Shown: piece after piece, positions 54,037-64,000 of the stretch
Layout of the letters: every line of letters starts with the position of its first letter
How positions within the stretch are numbered: the first letter of the stretch is position 1
Origin: the human T2T-CHM13v2.0 reference genome, Homo sapiens
Direction: 5' to 3' (one strand)
Assembly (NCBI RefSeq): GCF_009914755.1
Contig: NC_060929.1
Length of the DNA: 64,000 bases
The notes under the pieces: generated by a model
Database searches by the model: none
What the model was told of the DNA's origin: nothing
The model's input: the letters and a program-made list of their open reading frames with translations, nothing else
Program-made: the position numbers and the translations under genes

Positions 54037-54956
54037 ATGCCCAAGTGCTCAAAGCTAGGATACAGCAGGATGAATCCAAAAACCCAGACCTCTGACTCAA
54101 AGATCACTGTTCTTTCTACCATTTGTGCTTTATTCTGAGTTTTCCAACATGACTATTGGACTATATATAGAGTTAGAGTCAAAATCAATTAATTCAAGAT
54201 TGAAATTTTTATTTATGGTATGCCTTAAAGAAAAGCACGGATGTAAACTCAGTTGCAAATTAAATAAATTCAGGGTTTTAAAAAAATCCTTTTTCTTTTT
54301 TTTTCTTTTCCTATCTCTCTTCCTCCATCCACACACGTATACTACAACAGGCAATACTATAAGGAAGAATTTTGACATTGATTCGGAACACACTCACCCA
54401 CTGAGAAGCTTGTTTGCTTGCTGCATCAGCACAAATGTCAATCAAAATGAGCAAGCAGTCTTTTTTCCTTCAAACTACCCATTTTCCTGAGAAACCCCAG
54501 GGGATACAAGCCAAAACTTTCCTAGGTGCTCTCCCTCATAACCAAAAGGTGAAATGAGTACATACATACGAACGAGCATGACTAGAATTACTTGTAAATA
54601 ATGAAGGAACATGCAACATTCTCTCCCTTGTCACATCTTCCCAGAGCATAAGCCAAAAAGGCATCTGCTTTTTTACCATGAAGTCAAGGGCACCAAAAAG
54701 ACAGCCTGACCAAATTGGTGCCCTTCTTCAGAGATATGCCAACTGTCAGAACTTCTCAATAGTGTAGTCCTTCCTTTGGGCAAAGCACACTCTTCAGGGA
54801 GCCTCTGTTAAATACATAAATGAATTTCCTTGGAATAATTACAGATTAACTCATTCTCAGCTTTTAACCCATTAGCAATAATTTATTCCTCACAGTAGGC
54901 TCCAAATTACATAAAACAGACAAGTTTCAAAGGGCAGGAGATTAGAAAATTCCTTA

Positions 54957-55322
54957 ATCTTTGTTCTTTTGGGCTGCTATAACAGAATACCATAGCTTAA
55001 ATGTTATAAACAACAGAAGTTTATTTCTCACAGTTCTGGGGGCTGGGACCCCCAAGATCAAAGTACCACCAGATTCAGCATCTGTTGAGGGCCCATTTCC
55101 TGGTTCAGAAATGGCAGTCTTCCCTCTGTGTATTGACATAGAAGGGATAAGTAGAGCTCTCTAGAGTTTCCTTTATAAGGTCACTAATCCTATGCATGAG
55201 GGCTTCATCCTTATGACCTAATCACCTCCCAAAGGCCGCACCTTCAAATATCATCACATTGGAAATCAGCATTTCAACATATGAACTCAGGGGAAGGGGA
55301 CACAAATATTCAGTAGGTAGAA
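54957..55322 (-). mobile_element. MLT1A0 solo LTR
   Basis: GGGCTGCTATAACAGAATACCATAG...CCAAGATCAAAG...GACCTAATCACCTCCCAAAGGCC...ATTTCAACATATGAA...GGGGACACAAATATTCAG. Confidence 0.88.
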
Positions 55323-55429
55323 CCCATCCAGGTATGCTAGAGGACTCCTGAAGCTTCAGAGCCAGAGGAAGCACTATAGTGGGGGTTGGGCTGTAGGCAC
55401 CAAGAGGATGCTTTAAGGACACTGGGCAC

Positions 55430-55690
55430 CCAGCAGAGGGTATGAGTGAAGACCACCTGGGTCCAAATCTGCCACATGCATGCTGTGTGATCTTGGGCAA
55501 AGAAACTTGACTTCTTTAAGCCTCCTCATCTCATCTGTCGAATGGGAGGAATAATGGCACCTACTTCATAGGGTTGTCATGAGAATTCAGGGCAGTTATA
55601 TAAACAGCATCCTTAGGCTCATAGTATGGCTTCAGAGTAAGGCTTCAAAATTGTGAGTTATATTTATTGCTGTTGATATTATTATTATTT
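55430..55690 (+). mobile_element. MIRb
   Basis: ACCTGGGTCCAAAT...GCTGTGTGATCTTGGGCAA...CTCATCTGT...ATAATGGCACCTACTTCATAGGGTTGTCATGAG. Confidence 0.85.
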
Positions 55691-55943
55691 TCAGGAAATG
55701 AAACAATGAAAGGGAAGTTTCTAAAGGTGATTTTGGGACAAATTTCAATGACCATAATTTTGCTTATGTCTGCCCAGTTCTACTGATCATAAAATGTCAA
55801 AACGAAACTATTTACAAGAACACTAAGCACATTGGCATACCATAACATTCAGTCACATTATCAGAATAAAGTGTTGTAATCTTGTTTCTTCTCTCTGTTC
55901 ACCGTATGCCTCTCCTGCATTTTTCCTGTTTCTTTGTACTTTC

Positions 55944-56297
<354 letters not shown>

Positions 56298-56374
56298 TAA
56301 TATGTGTATAAGTTAGAAATTTAATACTACCTACTAAATTATTGGTTTTTCTACCTGCTTTCAACATTTGCATG

Positions 56375-56480
56375 TATTCATTCATGAATTTGACAAATAA
56401 TGTGTGAGTTCTCCCATGTGCCAGGCACTATGTCAGGAGCTGAGAGAGTGCTAAACAGGGCAGATGAATATCCACAGATG
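56375..56480 (-). mobile_element. L2 3' end
   Basis: ATTCATTCAT...ACAAATA...CATGTGCCAGGCACTATG. Confidence 0.7.
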
Positions 56481-59169
56481 CAAAGGGTATGTTCCACATT
56501 ACAACTCCTAAGCAGTGCCCCTCTAAACCTCCCTCTTCTCTTCCCGAAGAACACTTGGTAGATTTTACAAGAGGTAAAATCGTCTCTTGAACTACAGGTT
56601 CTAAAGTTTAACCTGGAGCATGTAGAGTGATAGGCATACTTACTCCTGGGTAGAGTTTCTAACCTGGCTCCTGGGAGGGTCGTTAAAGATTTGGGAACTC
56701 CAAGTTTCATTCTTCTTCAATTATGCCTCTAAATTTAAGAGGTATTAACAGAGTAGCTTTTGGAAATCAAACAAGAGAATTCTGAAATATAGAAAGAAGT
56801 CAGGCCACAGAGGAGGACATGAGAACACTAAACTCTGAAGTCTGTAAAAGAAGCCTGTTAAATTTTCATCATTTTCACTAGAGTGTTTGTCATTGTTGAT
56901 CTTGTATGGAATCTAATAGTTCTAATGAAAAATGTGTTAGGCCTTGGGTCCAAGGATATCATCATTATAAGTGCATAAGTGCCTAGGACAATATAAATCT
57001 CTCTACAGTGCTGCTATTGTGGACTTTGATCCATGATGTATTAGTTACTTATTTATTGATTTATAAAAATGAGCTGTTAAGCTTTTCCTGAGAAGTCCAA
57101 GGGCACATGAACAAAATGTAAGAAATATATAGCCACAAAAAATAAACCATGAAGTATAAACCAGAACCCCTAATGTCCAGGGCACGCTGCCTAGGTGAGT
57201 AGGATGAATCAAAAATACACTTTCTAGACACACCCTGAATGTCAACAAACAAGAACTCTGTAAAACCCAAAGAAGGAAGTTATATAATAAGGGCTTATAT
57301 GAGACATAATATACATTGGCAAAACCCTGATCTAAACATGATGAATTTATTTACATTTGGCCCTTCTTCAGAGACGGGCCTGAGACTCTCACCAGAAAGT
57401 ATGATGAGTATGATATCTTAAACGCCAGCAGGGCCAGAGGTCGCGTACTTGGCTTTCAGTATTTATTATTATTTTAAGCCAATTAAAATAATTTGGTTTC
57501 ACAGTGGAAAGATTCCATTAAATAATAGCTTTGTTCACCATGAGTGCAGGTTGTGTGGTTCTTTACTAAGTAGGATAGAACTGGAGAAACAGAGAGGGCA
57601 GAGATTGGAGGCTTGTCTGAAATCACCTCTGCCCAAAAAACAGAGCAGAAATCTGCTGAATTGGGTCTATATATCAACTATTTCAATAGGCATAGCTCAA
57701 AAGATAAATATTTATTGTTAATAATTTTTCTCTATGACCTAAAATTTTAAAACATGTAACTCCTATTTTTAACATCATCTGATTTTCTCTCAGTATTTAA
57801 CTTCTTAGTGCCAAAAATAAGTTACAGATATATTGTCCTTCACTTTTCCTTTTTAATCCCAGCTAAAACACAAAGGATTTTGTGATTTCCCAGGATATGA
57901 CTCAATTTCATTCTGCTAATGATCGTCCCTTGTCTGGAAGCCCACAGTCTTCTGTTAACTTTGGTCTGCCATAGACAGCCAATTAAAATTGGCCAAATAA
58001 GCCAAAAAAAAAATCAACCAGAGACCAAAATAATCCCTTTTGGCTGTTGCCACAAAAGAATTTACTGGATAATCTCTAAACTTTCCACTTAATTCTGGCT
58101 GTATAGTTCAGTGTTTTTGACCAAAAACATACCAGAGGCTACACACTGTGATTGAATATCCCAAATTTCCTACAATTTGATGGGCTTTAAAAATACGGAT
58201 ATATGTTAGAGTTGTAACTCAGTGATTTAAGGCAATACTTTGGTCACTTGTGTATTGGTTGAATTAAACTTTGAATTTGGCACCATTGCCATATCACTAA
58301 GGAAGCTTCATTAGAAAATGAGTATGCATTAGGATTATCTAGCTTCTTACTGGTCCCGCTCCTAAGGACTCACAGCTCTGCAGGAAATCTCAGAATCCTT
58401 TGTCATTACTCTTCAACAGGTGCATGCCCATGGCCACTTCTTCCTGCTCAGCATAATAAGCATGGAACCACTCAAGTCTACAGGACTGCCAGAAATGGCT
58501 CTGTTCTTCTCTCAACACACTATCCAGCTAAAACACTCTTACCTATTCACTATTCCAGGTGTTAGAGCTTTGTCCATTGCTCTTTTTTCTGCCTCAGCAA
58601 AGAGGAGAGCCAATCCCCAAAGTTATATAGTTTTAAATTTAATTATTAAGTTGGCTTCAGTATGGTAGATACTCATTACCCCCAAAGGACGAGAACAGTT
58701 CAAGTCCTTCTGGGTGGACTGTCTGATGGAAATCCATTCATGATGCTCCAACTTCTGCTCTAACTTTTCCTATGCCTACTCTATTGCCTGTTACTGTGCT
58801 TGTTCTATAAAGAACTAACTTAGCAGAAGAGTAAAAGACTATCTAAATGTATCCATCATAATGTTCATATCATAATATCCCCTCAAAGAGAAATCCTAGG
58901 TCTCCATATTCCTTGAGCAATCTTCTCCTCACAGTGCCTGTTTTTCCATCTGTCTGAGGTGTAGGTACACATAATTCTGAGACATATACTATGACCTTCA
59001 CATCACTGTCTCCTAAAGGGCAGTCACATTCATAAAGACCTATTACTTCCAATTACCTGTGCTTTTTGTCTTTTTCTCAATGCCCACATCTTAATCAGAA
59101 ATCCAGCAAGAAATGTATGGTACAATCAAAGGGCTAGTGGAAAAAAGTTTTAAGATAAAACATTTTATA

Positions 59170-59800
59170 ACGGTGTGGACCTGATTAAGACTACCAATGA
59201 GGGATGGTGAAACATGCAAGGACTAGGTATAGTAGAAAGCCTTTACCTCCCCTAGACTCAAGACAAAAAGAGGATCGTGTTACCCAATGAGAGCCAGAAT
59301 CATAAGAGAAGGACCACCTAACTAAAATAGCTGTGAATATAGGTAAAGTAAGATGGCCACTGCCCAAACTGAGAAGAAACAGGGAGAATAAAAATACCCC
59401 ACCTACTCTCACTTCCTGTCTGCTAATCTCTAGCTTTGCTGAACTCAAATAGAAACCAGAAGCCAAGGGAGCTTGAGTGGTACCGTCCATAAAGAGGCCA
59501 GGCTTTGGCCAATATGGCGAAACCCCATCTCTACTAAAAATACAAAAATTAACCAGGCATTGTGGCACATGCCTGTAGTCTCAGCTACTCAGGAGGCTGT
59601 GGCAGAAGATTCACTTGAACCCAGGAGGCGGAGGCTGCAGTGAGCCGAGATCGTGCCATGCATTCCAGCCTGGGTGACAGAGCAAGACTCCATCTAAGAA
59701 AAAAAAGAAAAACAAAAAAGGCCAGGCTTTTGGAGAACGGAGCTGGTAAGAGAAGGGTAAAGAATGAATTTCGAGAGGGAAATGAAGAATAATCCGCATT
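59170..59800 (-). mobile_element. LTR33-like ERVL LTR interrupted by a truncated Alu
   Basis: AGGGATGGTGAA...AGGGAGAATAAAAATACCC...AGAAACCAGAAGCCAAGGGAGC...GTCCATA. Confidence 0.6.
59506..59714 (+). mobile_element. 5'-truncated AluS
   Basis: Begins at TGGCCAATATGGCGAAACCCC (mid left monomer); TSD AAA(G/A)AGGCCAGGCTTT at 59491-59506 and 59715-59730. Confidence 0.95.
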
Positions 59801-62800
59801 GTATTTCAGAAGGCCCTTACTGGAGGATCAAGATGCTCTGTGCCGCAAAAGTTGACCATATCATCAAGTTGTAGAGTCTTTGGAGCTAAAGACAGGGCAA
59901 GAGGAAATCCCACCCATGTGATTGAGATTAAAAAGAGTCAGACAAATGAGTTTCAGCCATTAAGGATGCCAGAGCTGGAGAAAGCCAGATTAGCAGCTAA
60001 GTCCAAGAATAGCAGATGGGTCAAAACTGGGAGGTAAGTCAAGACTCAAAGGCCAGACTGAAATGGGATAAAGTCAAAAGCAAAATGACTTTGGCAACTT
60101 CTGCCTAAAGGGCTGACATGTCTATGGCACACGTGATATCAAAAGACACCAGTGGAAAAAAAGCAGCGGAATACCCAGCACAGAGAAGGAAAGTGCTATT
60201 AATAGTTGAAGACTCAAAGATTAAGATGCCACAAATCGTATAATATGCTTCATTCAGCTATGTCAGGTGACACAAAAATAAAGAAGGCAAGGTTATGGAA
60301 TGGATGCCAATATAGCGTTGATGTAGTAAGAGCTGACTTTATCTCTTTACAGTGGATGATACCAGAACTTTAAAAGTCAGCGCACTAAAAAAATATCATG
60401 CAACCTGGAAGAGTCTTCTAATCCATCAAAAAACCATTCTGAGAATTCATGGAATACAAAAGTATTCTTTAATGCTATTCACCTTCCCTTCCAATAGAGA
60501 CCAGTTTGCATTTATAAATACATTACTGGTGAAGGTCTCTGAAAAGAGAACAGATATTGTACACAGAAGACAAAGCCATAGAATAATTCCCTTGGTGGCA
60601 GATAACCTGGGCATCAAGATGAGCTATATTCTTCCATAATTTTTACTATTAATTGTCGTGGAAGCTGAAGTCTGTTGTTGCAAAGTGCTAGTTGTTTTGA
60701 GTGGATGCAGAGTAGAAGGAAGCCAGGAAGCATAAGCAGAAAGCAAATACCAGAGTTAGAGGTCAGGGTCGAAGATAAAAGAACAGTCATTCCTACATGC
60801 CTAATAGGAATAAAACCAGGAGCTTTCAGTTTAGTAGCAGAATCATTGAAGGAACATGGTGTGAGGCAATGGTTTAGGTAGTGAAAAAGAATGGGTATAT
60901 GGCAACTCAGCAAGAATAATCCAAGATGGAAGTCAAATGGCAATAAGTTGACCACAAAGGGGGTTTTAGCAGCTAAGCCCAGCCTCTCTGAGTTTTACCA
61001 GCTTCATTCTACTGTTATGAATAGTCACCTGAGTTTGCTACTATTTTGCCATATTGCTAGTTAGGAGGCTATGGCTAAGTTCTGAAATGTAGCTAAAAGT
61101 GGACATAGGGTGGTGGCTATGGGAATGCAAAAAATAAATAAATAAATAGAGTAATATGTCGAAACATAACCGACAAAAATCCCAGCAAGAAAGAAAGAAA
61201 GAATAACATCTGTTCAATGCATTCTCGTCCAAAACAAATCAGGGCAGCAGAAAACCAGGTGTAATCCCTTAACCAAATTTAATAACTTCTGTTTCCCTTT
61301 TCAGTTTTTTCTTTGTCTTATTTAACAAAATTGTGTATGCAAAGCTGATATTAGAATATTGGCTGCTAGCAAATGCTTTTATTCCTTCATTTGAGCATAA
61401 GAATGAAGTAAGTTTACAAGAAAAGAAAACAGCATTTGTGATTGTGATAAGTGGAACCTGAGTACTCATAAATTTTGTCATGAATTCACAAAATTGATAC
61501 ATTCTCTTGTGTTACAGACAATATGTATAAGATAATGAGCTGAATGATACCATGAAAAGATTAATCATGAAAAGCAACTAAATTTACAATATTAAAAAGT
61601 CATGCTTTGGTGTTTGTCTTCATTGCCTGGAATTGAGTACTTAAATCCGAAGAGGAAGACTGACTGAAATTTTTACAGAAGCCATGTGTCAAAGCAAAAC
61701 AAAATAAACACTATGCTAACAAAAATACAATATCACCCTTCAGGGAGAAAAAGTGATTAAATCCCTCTTACATATTTCTTTACCCAACATGTGGCTCAAA
61801 ACACAGATGATAAGTGCTCTGAGAATAAACTAATGTGAAACTATAGAAGAAAAATTCCAAATATTTTCCAGTTCTTCCTTTGGGAATGATTAGGAGCCAT
61901 TGTGGTAAAGAGAGGTTGGATTCATCCCAGCACTGTATTGTGAAGAGCAGTGCAAAATCAGAGCCAAAATGGGGCAACAGGTGACCCCAAAGAGGTCAAC
62001 AGCTTTTGTTTATCCAGGTATCTACGTAGCATAGATGATAAAACCAACAATGAATCTCTTTGTCCTGGAAACTAAACCGGAAATCTCAAAACTATGTTTT
62101 CAGTGTTTCTTGGCTTTCATTCTGTTAGAAATCCTGCCACATTTCAGTATTTTTATTCTTGACTTGAATGAAATCAGAAAGCAGAGAGGCACTTGAGAAT
62201 TCTGTTTTTAAATAAAAGTAAATATTTCCATGTGAGTTTAGGTCTCTATTTCGTATTTTTGCGACCCAATTACAGAGATTAAATGTTCCACAGATGTCAT
62301 ATTTCTTCATGGCATGAGTTTATTGAACCAAGATCAGGTTAATTTTAATAGGAATGTTAATATGTGTCTGCAAGGTGTTTAATAAGCATTTCATAGTACA
62401 CTTTTAAATGCTTGGTCAAGAATTGTGCAAACAGTAGTCTTTGGGTTTTACTTTTTATTTTTCATGGTGACTGCTGAGAACTTGGGTGTATTAACTTACC
62501 TATTTAGGCACCTGGGTCAAAGCTTACTCTAGCTTATTTCTCTTTATTTGGGTGCAAGCTATGTAGATGGCAACCCCAGATACTTCCGAACTGACTTTAT
62601 CATTCAGCAAATGAATTATTCCATAGGAAGTTAAACCTTTTCTAAAACATAGTTCAAATCAAAAAGGCCTGACTAATTCTAAGAGACTAACTTTGGAATA
62701 GAGGATAGTCTGTCTTGAATTTATTTTCCTATGGATATCTTACTGGGTTACATATTTGTGGCTGGATCTGACTTCTAATAGTAACATCACCACTGAAGGA

Positions 62801-63761
62801 TTATGAGTCACTCTGTCCCCTGGATCTACATTGCAGAAGAGTTGCTTGGCTGTTCCAACTGATGACTGAGGGAGGGTCTCTATCTGTCAAAGGGTAAAGG
62901 CAGGATGATTAAACACTGACACAGTCATCTACATGACCTTAAGCATATTTTAAAATTTTATCTGTTCTTGACTTTTTCTCTTCTGTGTTTCCTTATTGGT
63001 TAAAGCTTGCAGACTAATTTACTTACCAGAGTAGAATTTGCCATTTAAAACAGTGATCGCCATTGTGTCTTTGTTTCATGGTGGGATAAGTAAGGATTAA
63101 TACTTCTATTATTATAATGTGACCTGTAGTGGCTAGAGAGGAACTAGCTGGCCATGGTGTCATTATTATTATACCACTTTTTATTTTTCCTTAATCTCTT
63201 TCACTGAAAATGGCAGAAACTCCTTAATTTTAAAATCAATCATCTGGACTCAGGAAAAGGCACAGAAGTGGTATTTGCCTGTGACTTTGGTAATGCTGCC
63301 ACCAGTAAACTGTCTCTCAGAGAGAGCCATTGTATGGATTAACCACTGTATGGAATCTAGTTTAACATTTTAAGATTACCCAAAAGTTACCAACAAGCAA
63401 AAATAATCTTTGGATACTGTCTATTCCCTGCCCACAATTCTACCTGCTGGTATGCTGGTGTCAAAATAAGAATATCTCCGTGTAATATTTTATCAACTTG
63501 GTGCTGAAAGGGTGAATTAAGCAGAAACAGAAAGAAATAAACAAATCCAAACTTGGAAAGAGAATGGCTTTGATTCTCACACTCATTCTAATCTATGGAG
63601 GTCTCAAGTGTAGTACACACATGTCCCATCTGTTTTAGGCAAAGCACTAACTCTTCCCTAACAAAAACTGTGAACTCCCTCCAGGTCCACACACATAGCT
63701 ACACAATGTGTTCTGTTTAATCATGTCTAAGGAACTGGGGAAGTAAACCACAGTTACCCTA

Positions 63762-64000
<239 letters not shown>

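Noticed and set aside
57424-57447. CTCF site or CpG-island seed (CCAGCAGGGCCAGAGGTCGCG)
   Set aside because: Both possible registers mismatch core CTCF positions, and only a few CpGs are present.

Overview
This is AT-rich, CpG-poor simian primate (probably human) non-coding DNA, either intergenic or deep intronic. I found no protein-coding exon, RNA gene, CpG island, CRISPR array or prokaryotic-type system. A large fraction is fossil interspersed repeat: a 4.6-kb 5'-truncated L1PA (about L1PA7) nested in MER33 inside L2, older L1PA/L1M pieces, six Alus (J and S), MaLR LTRs (THE1, MST, MLT1), an MLT2A1 solo LTR, LTR16/LTR33/MER39-like LTRs, a fragmented ERVL provirus with gag and RNase H remnants, hAT DNA elements, MIR, L2 and L3. 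The only ORFs with recognisable homology are dead L1 ORF1/ORF2 and ERVL fragments. The observations most worth checking are two ancient short dispersed duplications, a perfect 20-bp hairpin and other template-switch scars, two transcription-factor motif clusters in repeat-free DNA, and candidate spliced non-coding exons. Subfamily names come from my memory of Repbase/Dfam consensus sequences, and boundaries of old elements are approximate. I do not see evidence for a new biological system.
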